DNA of 64,000 bases from Haplodiscus bocki (GCA_965655095.1 OZ296648.1:156240001-156304000), one strand, 5' to 3'. Positions 53,712 to 64,000 are shown, counted from the stretch's first letter. Made by a program: numbers and translations. The notes: generated by a model not told the origin, from the sequence alone.

Positions 53712-53966
53712 AAACAAAATTGAAAAATAAAAAATTAAAAATGAAAAATAAAAAACAAAAAATAGAAAATGAAAAATTAAAATAAAAAATGAAAAATTAA
53801 AAATTAAAGATGAAAAAAGAGTAAATTGTCATTTTACCGTAGCAAAAGAGGACTGTATCATTTTTTTTTCATTTTTATTTTTTAAATTCTTTTTTATTTT
53901 TTATTTTCTTTTCTATTCTGTTTTTATTTTTTTATTTTTTCTTTTTAAATTTTATTTTTTTATTTT
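53712..53966. repeat. Low-complexity A-rich/T-rich inverted repeat (fold-back, ~108-bp arms, ~38-bp spacer)
   Basis: A-rich arm 53712-53820 and T-rich arm ~53858-53966. Non-A landmarks correspond (…aaacaaaaaatagaaaatg… versus the reverse complement …aaacagaatagaaaag…). Confidence 0.75.
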
Positions 53967-54068
53967 AGGGTCTAATGTCAAATAAAAATCACGTCAAATC
54001 ATAAAATTGAGTAAATATCACGTTATTTTATACTGTTCCGCGTTAACAAGCGGGTTCACAGGAATGAA

Positions 54069-54268
54069 NNNNNNNNNNNNNNNNNNNNNNNNNNNNNNNN
54101 NNNNNNNNNNNNNNNNNNNNNNNNNNNNNNNNNNNNNNNNNNNNNNNNNNNNNNNNNNNNNNNNNNNNNNNNNNNNNNNNNNNNNNNNNNNNNNNNNNNN
54201 NNNNNNNNNNNNNNNNNNNNNNNNNNNNNNNNNNNNNNNNNNNNNNNNNNNNNNNNNNNNNNNNNNNN
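54069..54268. other. Assembly gap (200 N)
   Basis: Exactly 200 N. A round fixed size indicates a scaffolding join of unknown true length. Confidence 0.99.
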
Positions 54269-54746
54269 TGGCTACGCCACACCTTTTCTTGGCACACTCT
54301 GCTGCTCAGAAAAATCACAATGATCAACATAATCAGTATCACGATTTTAATTTTTCGAGCTGAAGAAGTCGAATTCGACATTCAGTTTTCATCACAAATC
54401 TGAAAATCGAAAGTAGTTCAAACATTTACGCATACCTTTTGGAAAATGGTTTCAAATTACGGCCAAGCGCCATGGGCTATTTTATAATTTTTCTTTTCGA
54501 ACGTTTGAGTCGGAATTCCCTAACTTCAGTATGACTTTTCCAACAAATGTGCCCACCCGCTTTAAATGTCACGGTTTGTTTGTTCTAATTTCTATATCCA
54601 TGAGCTTTGGCACAACCGCTGAACAAAATTGATTTTTGAACATTTTAACCGAAAGCAAAAATTTTTGCTGACTTTTTTGGTTCATTCTTTTCATTTCAAT
54701 TCCACAGTGAAGTACTTTTGAGTTAAACAACTTTAAAACTGGAAAC

Positions 54747-57099
54747 ATGCTTCTACTCTTTTTCTTGATCTTCACTGGTGCTTCCGTTTGCAGTGATTGG
54801 GCTTCTAACATCGAAGCTGCTACCAATCCCGACAATCTTATTGAAAAAGGGATTTTTTCAATGAGGCCAATAAAATGTTACCGACTGAAAAAATCATTCG
54901 CATCGAATTTCTAGTACCGTTTCCAGCTTATGATTTTACGATGAAGCCGGACATCAAAAAAACAATTCACCAGCTTTCGCTTATGTGGAAAACTCTTTCT
55001 CGTGTTTGTCTTTGGACTTTTTTAAGCCAATTTGAGACGAACATTTCTGGGTTTCATGTCAATTGGATGTTACATGAAATTGATCATGAAATTTCCGCAG
55101 TGCATTTAGATCTCGCACTTCTTCGTAACGAAACCGCTATGTTCTTAACGCCGCCTCAGCCTGCCAAGTTTACCCGTCAACGTCGCGGCGGTGCTAGTGT
55201 GGGCCTTGCTGCCCTTGCCGCTGTTGGACATTCAGGTGACGGACTTGCTGTAGATGGTTCCCATTCCTCTGGTTTACGTGGAAATTTTGGAAAATGCCAA
55301 GATCAATCAAAAGCAAATGCTGAAAATGTACATCTCCTGGATGATTTTCAGAACTCTTTTTTCGACTACGTTACCGAATTCACCACTAAGACGAATGAAA
55401 AGTTTTTTCTTGTTGAAAATGAATTGGCAACCGTTAACGCAATACAGTCTGAACTGGCCGCGACCCAAGATAAGAACTGGGTCATCATTCAAGAGCAATT
55501 GGCTTTTTACGAACAAAATTTTCATATTTTACCTGACTGTGATCAACTTTTGTTCGCTAACCAGCAACTTATTTTCAATTTTGATACCGTTTCTTCTTTA
55601 CTTTCAATGATTCATGCCAGCGTGAAGAGCTACCGTTCCGCTTTATTCGCTTTTCGCATGAACTTTTTAAATTCGTTTCCTGTTGTCTTGCTTAAAGGAT
55701 ATTTACCGATGTCGCTTTTTCCTCTAGAGTCGGTCCTAGCGATCATGGATATTGTTAGTCTGCGGCAGTCGAAGGCTGAAGATCGCCTTATTCTCGCTAT
55801 ACCGGTGAGTGACTTGTTGTCTTATTATGATTCTCGTTTGCTCGCTGACGCTATCACGGTATCAGAAGGACTCTTATTGACCCTGAACATACCGCTTGCT
55901 TCACAGCAAACTGTTTTTACTCTTTTTGAAGCAAAACTTATTCAGATGCCTTTTCCGGACGATCCTCAGACGGCTCTTACATGGAACATCGAAGCTCCAT
56001 ATTTACCCCTATCTGAAAGCGAACTTGAGTCGTCCGTCTTATCTGAGGAACAATTTGAGCACTGCGTCGGTTCGCCAAAGTACCGAATTTGCTCCGAAGC
56101 TTTCTCGACGCAGTTAGGACATCCTTCTTGCATTGCAACCTTGTATTTTTTTAGTCCCATTGATGCCTTAGCTGTTTGTGAAACTACCGCTTTCACCTCA
56201 ACTAGTATTGAACAAGCAATGAACTTCGATTTTGGTATGTGGCTAATTACATCTGCCAATGCTGATTTCATTTTCCGCTAATCATCGTCTTTAGCAACAT
56301 CATCATCTTCAAGATCGTTTACTGGTTGTCAAATTGGCATCATCACCCTTGCGTGTGAAATGCAAATCCATATGGGGCATATGATCATAAGATCAGATCT
56401 TGTTTCATGTTTAACTATCCCGGCAATTAAGTTGCGATTGTCTTTGCCGGATCCGCTTGAATCCTTGATCATGCAAGTTCCCCCGTTAAACGACCTACCC
56501 TTGTATACCTCGAAGGCAGAAACCGGAGTGATTCTTCTCAAAGCAGTAAGGAAGAACCTGTTAAGCAGACCAAGAGCCCGCCAAGTCAAACAATTGGTGG
56601 AAACAGCACGTCCCTTTGCACAGGACATGAAACTACTTTTGAAACCCTCACTGACCCGTGAATATTAATCAGTATGTACCTTTCAATGCGTGTTTTACCT
56701 TGACAGTGATTGTTTTCATCGTTTCCACCGTGCTGCATTTAGTTTTGATGTATGTTGATCACCGGTATAATCTTAGGTACCGCATTTTCCCGAAGTCACC
56801 TACGAAAAAAAGCAATCAAACCGGTACTTCATGAACCTAATGATTTTTCGCCAACAGTTTCGGGAAAATTATTAAAGCGCTATCATTTTGTTCCGTCAAA
56901 TGAAGACATCCTAGCTGAAGTAAACTTGAATTCAAAACTTCAAACGATTAATCCTCAAGAAGCAGCGCCATCTTCATCTGTTGCTTCACAACGTTTTCAT
57001 GATAATTTTCAAGTTACAGAAAACACCAAGTCCCAACAGGAAGGGCAGTATGTCACTGTTGAGAAAACAACCCCCTGCTTGATACCACTGAATGATTGA
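54747..57099 (+). pseudogene. env: Disrupted envelope / class I fusion glycoprotein (F-type env), ~780 codons when reconstructed
   Basis: Signal peptide MLLLFFLIFTGASVCS starts at ATG 54747, then a frameshift in the T6 run 54853-54858 leads into ORF 54875..56281. RQRR furin site at 55175-55186 is followed by the Gly/Ala-rich GGASVGLAALAAVG peptide and a heptad-like helix. A Cys-rich region (EHCVGSPKYRIC...SCIA...AVCE) follows. In-frame TAA at 56279-56281, then the same frame resumes (56360..56668). A frameshift at ~56664 gives TM ACFTLTVIVFIVSTVLHLVLMYV (56688-56756), and one at ~56805 leads into the tail ORF ending at 57099. Confidence 0.82.
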
Positions 57100-57480
57100 T
57101 TTGACGTCTCATGTTAATCATTGTTTAAATTTATTAAAATCAAATTACGCATTGTTCTACAAATTCTGCTGTAACATGTAAAATGCAAATGTAGTAAATT
57201 TCCGGCCAAAAACATCACAAGACGAGAAACATTAACCCTCAGGGACTGGCACAAAAGCTATCTCATAAGTCGACCACGTGACAATCACACATACAACTTT
57301 GGGGCAATTGGTAAATTTGTGCTGATTTCTACAACTTTTCGATGTACTTACCTGGGAACTTTTGGGGTTCATTCTGTCTTTCTACCAAATCATTTTGGGC
57401 GTTTCAGTTATTTCCATTAACGAATTTCACTGGATTCCTCCAACCGGATCATTGTCTTTTTCCACAGGCCGGAAGAGTTT

Positions 57481-57492
57481 GAAGGGAGGAAG
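57481..57492 (+). promoter_or_regulatory. Polypurine tract of the env-bearing element
   Basis: 'gaagggaggaag' is immediately followed by TG at 57493, downstream of env. Confidence 0.7.
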
Positions 57493-57605
57493 TGTCATGT
57501 ACTGAAACCTTGTCTTAGGCGAGGACAGATGAACTTGAAACTTAGACTCAGAATTCCTTGACATTTCATTGAACTTTAAACCATTTCAACATTTTAGACT
57601 ATCTT
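57493..57605 (+). repeat. Start of 3' LTR (TGTCATGTAC...), apparently truncated; end not determinable
   Basis: TG directly follows the PPT. No partner LTR is in the window and no convincing CA terminus with a poly(A) signal was found. Confidence 0.45.
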
Positions 57606-57696
57606 AGTTTTTTATTCACAAAAGTTATTTGATATTGGTGAGAGCTGATATCAAAAACAACAGCTCAGAAGAGTAATAATTAAATTTTTGAAATGA

Positions 57697-58190
57697 TTCT
57701 CTCAACTAACCAAAAAGGATTGTGATCCATGCATCCAAGAATCTTGTCCACTCGCCAACAAACTGCTGTCTCCAATTGTGTTGAACATAAATCAAGACCT
57801 GAAAGAGATAAAAAACTGTTGCATTAAGAAGTTTTTCCATAAGTTCTTTCAAAAGAAACTCGGAAATCGGGCTTTAGAAACCCTTTTCTAATACTTTGGT
57901 ATTTATGTTCTGGAAGATATATCTGAAAGTGTCAAGTTTTGTGGATACATTTATTAGAGACTACAATGCATAATAATACTGGAGATAGAGTTGAGTAGGA
58001 GAGCTACACTCTGCATATCCAACGCAATCGGAAATATGTTAGATAGGCGGTTTCCTCATCTCCAATGGAAAAACTCGGAGAAACTTCTAGGAATTTTCAA
58101 ACAACAACCGACAGACTCGACGATTAATTTTTCAGAGTAACCAAACCCTCACGGAAGCAGAAACGGATCAACCTCAGTCTATAATAAAAT
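57697..58190 (+). pseudogene. Relic ORF of unknown family (~165 codons, 3 stops)
   Basis: A single frame reads FSQLTKKDCDPCIQESCPLANKLLSP...LETLF*YFGIYVLEDISESVKFCGYIY*RLQCIIILEIELSRRATLCISNAIGNMLDRRFPHLQWKNSEKLLGIFKQQPTDSTINFSE*. An ATG at 57693 is one base out of frame and AATAAA lies at ~58183. Confidence 0.35.
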
Positions 58191-59911
58191 AATTTTTGTC
58201 ACTAAATTTTCTGACGTGTTTCTTTTCGAGAGAACTCGCAAATTAAGGAATCTGTGGAATAATTTGTCATTCTTTTAATATATCCCTAACGACAAGTTTA
58301 AAAAAGGTCTTGATCTGTATTGTCCTACTTCTTTGTTGCGGTAAGTTTTAACAAAGAACACACTTGAAAACGGGCTTTTTTACCTAACTAACTTTCTGAC
58401 TACCCGCGGCGCAGAAAATCCGCTAACAGAGATTGAGTGGTTATTTTGTTTTTCTCTCGGAATGATTCGCTGTAGTATTAGAAAGTCGCAGCAACTTTAT
58501 TGTGCGACTACACATTAACTAGTTTTTGGGTCAAGGTTTTTTCGAACCGGTTGGTCGTGTGACGACCATCCAGCTAAAACTTAAGCATGAACGGAATGTA
58601 CTTCATCTAAAATCTCTCTAGAGAAAACAAAGGAAAAAGAATTCCATATTCATGCCACGGATAAAAACATGACTTGTTCTTGAACAATTATTCACCTTTA
58701 ACCTGCTGTTTGATTAAATAGGGTCTCGTCTAGCAGAATCTTGTGGGTGTAAATCAACTTTTGGAATGGTAGAGCACCTACTAGCTAGCAATGATCGATT
58801 CTTTTGCAATTTTCTGACAGAAATCTTTTCTTTTAAATGTAATTTCCATGAGGTTTTGAAATAAGCGTCTTATCAGAAGTAATTCTCTGAAAAACTTGAT
58901 AAAATTCACTGAATTCAGCACTTTCCGACCATCCGCAGGCTAAATTGTCTATGGGTTGGCAGGAGTTTTGGCTTTTGTGCTGCTGGCACCTAATTTTTTC
59001 AATAATATTGGGAAAAAACGAAGCGTGTACCGTCTTGCATCTCCCTTCGCAAATTTTTTTGTTAAGGGGCAGTTGTGGTAATGCATTAAGTTCTTTATTC
59101 AGCTGTTGCGATGATTTTTAGGAGAAGTTTTTATACTACTTATCGTTGGAAAAGAGATACTGAAAACCACCTGAATGAAAACAAGTGTTGCGATTGGACC
59201 GAAACTCTTATTTAATCTTGATAATATCGAGGAGTTTCTACAGTTACTTTGAATTTTGCGAACTCGCGTAGCAAAGTGCTCCGGGAAGAATAGTTTTCAA
59301 TAATTCACGAAGTAGTGTACAACACCTAGGGGAAGCATGATGGAAAACTGTATCTGATGCATCTGGAAGATATCATGAAAAGTCGAAAGACTGAATTTCG
59401 TTTCTTTTTCAAAATTTCTTCACTGTTGTTTCATAAAAGTTAATGAAGTGGGTGAGTTCGGATTGCCAGTTTTGGGAAGTTACACATCGCTTCTGTGTAG
59501 CTTTTGTGAGTCTAGTTTCGGACAAATTAAGTCAGACAAAAATTTTTCAAGCGCTCTCGTGTTGCATATATTGATTAACGCGGTTTTCTTCCAGAAGGTT
59601 GGCTTAATCGAATTGCACCTTTTTCCCCCGGGGAACAATTCACAGCAACCGAAAACTACGCCTTTTGTTCACATCTTGTTACCAAATCCACGTATTTGGT
59701 TGATTCTTTTTTCAAAAGTGTTCCATTCGAATAATAGTGAATATATTTGTCCAGTTGTTTTGGCGCAGACTTGAGTTCTGATGATTTTCAGCATCTGGGA
59801 AGCAGCAGGGTTTGACTGCGTTGTGCTGACGTGTTTCTTTTCGAGAGAACTTGCAAACTGAGGAATCTGTTGAATAATTTGTAATTTCTTAAATATGTCC
59901 CTAACGACAAG

Positions 59912-60115
59912 TTTAAAAAAGTTTTTGATCTGTATTGTCATACTTCTTTGTTGCGGTTAATAACAAATTGCGGCCCACTTCTTTGTTGCGATTTAAAAAA
60001 GTTCTTGATCTGTATTGTCATACTTCTTTGTTGCGGTAAATAACAAATTGCGGCCCACTTCTTTGTTGCGATTTAAAAAAGTTCTTGATCTGTATTGTCC
60101 CAATTTGTTGCGGTA
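59912..60115. repeat. 80-bp minisatellite (2.5 copies) nested in array-2 unit 2
   Basis: 'tttaaaaaagtt(t/c)ttgatctgtattgtc' at 59912, 59992 and 60072. Confidence 0.93.
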
Positions 60116-60899
60116 AAAACACAATTGAAAATGGGCTTTTTTAACTAACTAACTTTCTGACCACCCGCGGCCCAGAGAATTCGCTGACAGAGATGGAGTG
60201 GCTATTTTGTTTTTCTCTCGGAAAAATTCGCTGGAGTTTTAGAAAGTCGTAGCAACTTTAATGTGCGACTACACATTAACTAGTTTTTGGGTCAATGATT
60301 TTGTCTAAATGGTTGGTCGTGTGACGACCATCTAGCTAAAACTTAAGCTTGAACGGAATGTACTTCATCTAAAATCTCTCTACAGAAAACAAAGGAAAAT
60401 GATTTCCATATTCATACCACGGATAAACCCACGACTTGTTCTTGAACAAAACATTCACATTTTACCTGCTGTTTGATTAAATCAGGCCTCGTCTAGGAGA
60501 GTCTTGTGGGTGTAAGTCAACTTTTGGAACGGTAGAGCACCTACCAACTAGCAATAATTGAGTCTTTTGCAATTTTCTGACAGAAATCTTTTCTTTTGAA
60601 TGTAATTTCCATGAAGTTTTGAAATAAGCGTCTTATCAGAAGTAATTCTCTCAAAACCTTGATAAAAGGCAGTGAATTCAGCACTTTCCGACCATCCGCA
60701 GGCTAAAATATCTATGGGTTGTCAAGATTTTTGGGTATTGTGCTGCTGACACCTAATTTTTTTTCACTAGTCTTGGAAAAAACGAAGCGTTTACCGTCTT
60801 GCATCTCCCTTCGCAAATTTTTTGGTTGAGGGGCAGATGTGGTAATGCAACAAGTTTTTTATTCAGCTGTTGCGATGATTTTTGGGAGAAGCTTTGATC

Positions 60900-61704
60900 C
60901 TACTTATCGTTGGAAAAGAGATACTGAGAAGCCCAGAGTAAAAACAAGTGTTGCGATTGGACCGAAACTCTTATTTAATCTTGATCATATTGAGGAGTTT
61001 CTACAGTTACTTTGAATTTTGTGAACTCGCGTAGCAAAGTGCTCCGCGAAGTATAGTTTTCAATTATTCACGAAGTAGTGTACAACACCTAGGGGAAGCA
61101 TGATGGAAAACTGTATCTGATGCATCTGGAAGGTATCAGGAAAAGTCGAAAGACTGACTTTCGTTTTTTTTTCAAAATTTCTTCAGTGTTGTTTCATAAA
61201 AGTTAATGAAGTGGGTGAGTTCGGATTGCCAGTTTCGGGAAGTTACACTTCGCTTCTGTGTAGCTTTTGTGAGTCTAGTTTCGGACAAATTAAGTCAGAC
61301 AAAAATTTTTCAAGCGCTCTCGTGTTGCATATATTGATTAACGCGGTTTTCTTCCAGAAGGTTGGCTTAATCGAAATGCACCATTTTCCCCCGGGGAACA
61401 ATTCACAGCAACCGAAAACTACGCCTTTTGTTCACATCTTGTTACCAAATCCACGTATTTGGTTGATTCTTTTTTCAAAAGTGTTCCATTCGAATAATAG
61501 TGAATATATTTGTCCAGTTGTTTTGGCGCAGACTTGAGTTCTGATGATTTTCAGCATCTGGGAAGCAGCAGGGTTTGATTGCCTTGTGCTGACGTGTTTC
61601 TTTTCGAGAGAACTTGCAAACTGAGGAATCTGTGGAATAATTTGTAATTTCTTAAATATGTCCCTAACGACAAGTTTAAAAAAGTTTTTGATCTGTATTG
61701 TCAT
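60900..61704 (-). pseudogene. Possible fossil ORF in the array-2 monomer (representative copy)
   Basis: The frame of ORF 61432..61704 continues past its TGA as TKGVVFGCCELFPGGKWCISIKPTFWKKTALINICNTRALEKFLSDLICPKLDSQKLHRSEV*LPETG..., giving ~268 codons with 6 stops. A plus-strand frame is similarly stop-poor, so the strand is uncertain. Confidence 0.33.
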
Positions 61705-61878
61705 ACTTCTTTGTTGCGGTTAATAACAAATTGCGGCCCACTTCTTTGTTGCGATTTAAAAAAGTTCTTGATCTGTATTGTCATACTTCTTTGTTGCGGT
61801 AAATAACAAATTGCGGCCCACTTCTTTGTTGCGATTTAAAAAAGTTCTTGATCTGTATTGTCCCAATTTGTTGCGGTA
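61675..61878. repeat. 80-bp minisatellite (2.5 copies) nested in array-2 unit 3
   Basis: Same structure as 59912-60115 at offset 1,763. The expansion is absent from units 1 and 4. Confidence 0.93.
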
Positions 61879-64000
61879 AAAACACAATTGAAAATGGGCT
61901 TTTTTAACTAACTAACTTTCTGACCACCCGCGGCCCAGAGAATTCGCTGACAGAGATGGAGTGGCTATTTTGTTTTTCTCTCGGAAAAATTCGCTGGAGT
62001 TTTAGAAAGTCGTAGCAACTTTAATGTGCGACTACACATTAACTAGTTTTTGGGTCAATGATTTTGTCTAAATGGTTGGTCGTGTGACGACCATCTAGCT
62101 AAAACTTAAGCTTGAACGGAATGTACTTCATCTAAAATCTCTCTACAGAAAACAAAGGAAAATGATTTCCATTTTCATACCACGGATAAACCCACGACTT
62201 GTTCTTGAACAAAACATTCACATTTTACCTGCTGTTTGATTAAATCAGGCCTCGTCTAGGAGAGTCTTGTGGGTGTAAGTCAACTTTTGGAACGGTAGAG
62301 CACCTACCAACTAGCAATAATTGAGTCTTTTGCAATTTTCTGACAGAAATCTTTTCTTTTGAATGTAATTTCCATGAAGTTTTGAAATAAGCGTCTTATC
62401 AGAAGTAATTCTCTCAAAACCTTGATAAAAGGCAGTGAATTCAGCACTTTCCGACCATCCGCAGGCTAAAATATCTATGGGTTGTCAAGATTTTTGGGTA
62501 TTGTGCTGCTGACACCTAATTTTTTTTCGCTAGTATTGGAAAAAACGAAGCGTTTACCGTCTTGCATCTCCCTTCGCAAATTTTTTGGTTGAGGGGCAGA
62601 TGTGGTAATGCAACAAGTTTTTTATTCAGCTGTTGCGATGATTTTTGGGAGAAGCTTTGATCCTACTTATCGTTGGAAAAGAGATACTGAGAAGCCCAGA
62701 GTAAAAACAAGTGTTGCGATTGGACCGAAACTCTTATTTAATCTTGATCATATTGAGGAGTTTCTACAGTTACTTTGAATTTTGTGAACTCGCGTAGCAA
62801 AGTGCTCCGGGAAGGATAGTTTTCAATAATTCACGAAGTAGTGTACAACACCTAGGGGAAGCATGATGGAAAACTGTATCTGATGCATCTGGAAGATATC
62901 AGGAAAAGTCGAAAGACTGAATTTCGTTTCTTTTTCAAAATTTCTTCAGTGTTGTTTCATAAAAGTTAATGAAGTGGGTGAGTTCGGATTGCCAGTTTTG
63001 GGAAGTTACACTTCGCTTCTGTGTAGCTTTTGTGAGTCTAGTTTCGGACAAATTAAGTCAGACAAAAATTTTTCAAGCGCTCTCGTGTTGCATATATTGA
63101 TTAACGCGGTTTTCTTCCAGAAGGTTGGCTTAATCGAAATGCACCTTTTTCCCCCGGGGAACAATTCACAGCAACCGAAAACTGCGCCTTTTGTTCACAT
63201 CTTGTTACCAAATCCACGCATTTGGTTGATTCTTTTTTCAAAAGTGTTCCATTCGAATAATAGTGAATATTTTTGTCCAGTTGTTTTGGCGCAGACTTGA
63301 GTTCTGATGATTTTCAGCATCTGGGAAGCAGCAGGGATTGATTGCGTTGTGCTGACGTGTTTCTTTTCGAGAGAACTTGCAAACTGAGGAATCTGTGGAA
63401 TAATTTGTAATTTCTTAAATATGTCCCTAACGACAAGTTTAAAAAAGTTCTTGATCTGTATTGTCCCACTTTGTTGAGGTAAAAACACAATTGGAAGTGG
63501 GCTTTTTTAACTAACTAACTTTCTCACTACCCACGGCCCAGAGAATCCGCTAACAGAGATGGAGTGGCTATTTTGTTTTTCTCTCGGAATGATTCGCTGT
63601 AGTATTAGAAAGTCGTGTCAACTTTAATGTGCGACTACACATTAACTAGTTTTTGGGTCAAGGTGTTTTCGAAATGGTTGGTCGTGCGACGACCATCCAG
63701 CTAAAACCTAAGCTTGAGCGGAATGTACTTCATCTAAATTCTCTCTAGAGAAAACAAAGGAAAAGTATTTCCATATTCATACAACGGATAAAAACATGAC
63801 TATTTCTTGAACCATTATTCACCTTTTACCTGCTCTTTGTTTAAATAAGGTATCATCTAGCAGAATCTTGTGGGTGTAAATAAACTTTTGGACTGGTAGA
63901 GCACCTACTAGCTAGCAATGATTGAGTCTTTTGCACTTTATTGACCGAAATCCTTTCTTTTAAATGTAATTTTCATGAAGTTTGGAAATAAGCGTCTTAT

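Larger units (their letters stand above)
52853..54068 (-). mobile_element. 3' end of a minus-strand LTR retrotransposon (3' non-coding region, PPT, 3' LTR), truncated by the gap
   Basis: On the minus strand a purine run GAAAGGGGGGAA (53116-53105) directly abuts TGCTGCTG... (53104). The LTR-like segment contains ATTAAA and ends either in AGCAGCA (52925) or in ...GACCTCA at 52853, exactly where the satellite stops. No gag/pol is visible. Confidence 0.6.
54269..57605 (+). mobile_element. 3' portion of an env-bearing LTR retroelement (probably Ty3/gypsy, errantivirus-like organisation); right boundary approximate
   Basis: An env-like gene is followed by ~380 bp of 3' UTR, a PPT (gaagggaggaag) and TGTCATG... 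The order env-UTR-PPT-LTR is that of env-carrying LTR elements. gag/pol are not seen and would lie in or beyond the gap. Confidence 0.72.
58211..64000. repeat. Tandem macrosatellite array 2 (units of 1,615, 1,763, 1,763 bp plus a partial unit; continues off the right edge)
   Basis: The landmark 'ctgacgtgtttcttttcgagagaact' occurs at 58211, 59826, 61589 and 63352. ORFs repeat at 59448/61211/62974 and 59669/61432/63195. No visible similarity to array 1. Confidence 0.97.

Noticed and set aside
53965-53970. Telomeric TTAGGG
   Set aside because: Single isolated hexamer.
54007-54381. ORFs 54007..54363 and 54043..54381
   Set aside because: Artefacts of reading through the 200-N gap.
55254-56628. 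Overlapping or antisense ORFs inside env (55254, 55307, 55896, 55966, 56329)
   Set aside because: These are shadow frames of the env coding sequence with no independent features.
57493-57563. Complete 71-bp LTR bounded by TGTCA...TGACA
   Set aside because: Too short and lacks a poly(A) signal; a 5-bp match is expected by chance.
1-64000. rDNA, 5S, histone, tRNA or snRNA tandem gene clusters as the repeat units
   Set aside because: No recognisable rRNA, tRNA, snRNA or histone sequence in either monomer.

Overview
Repeat-dominated, AT-rich eukaryotic (animal-like) genomic DNA with no intact cellular gene. (1) 1-~52,855: a head-to-tail macrosatellite of about 45 monomers of ~1,180-1,190 bp. 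It has young, near-identical blocks in the centre-left, mosaic variant blocks, and degenerate rearranged monomers at both flanks. Almost all short ORFs in the track are fragments of this monomer, and on the minus strand they chain into a fossil ~380-codon reading frame, so the satellite may be an amplified dead gene. (2) ~52,853-54,068: the 3' end (LTR, polypurine tract, AT-rich 3' region) of a minus-strand LTR retrotransposon that truncates the array. (3) 54,069-54,268: a 200-N scaffold gap. (4) 54,269-~57,600: the 3' part of a plus-strand env-bearing LTR retroelement. Its class I fusion-protein (F-type env) gene is disrupted but keeps a signal peptide, RQRR furin site, fusion peptide, TM segment and tail, and is followed by a PPT and LTR start. 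(5) A short relic ORF at ~57.7-58.2 kb. (6) 58,211-64,000: a second, unrelated macrosatellite (1.6-1.76 kb unit) that also appears to carry a decayed ORF. All analysis was by eye; no database searches were run.
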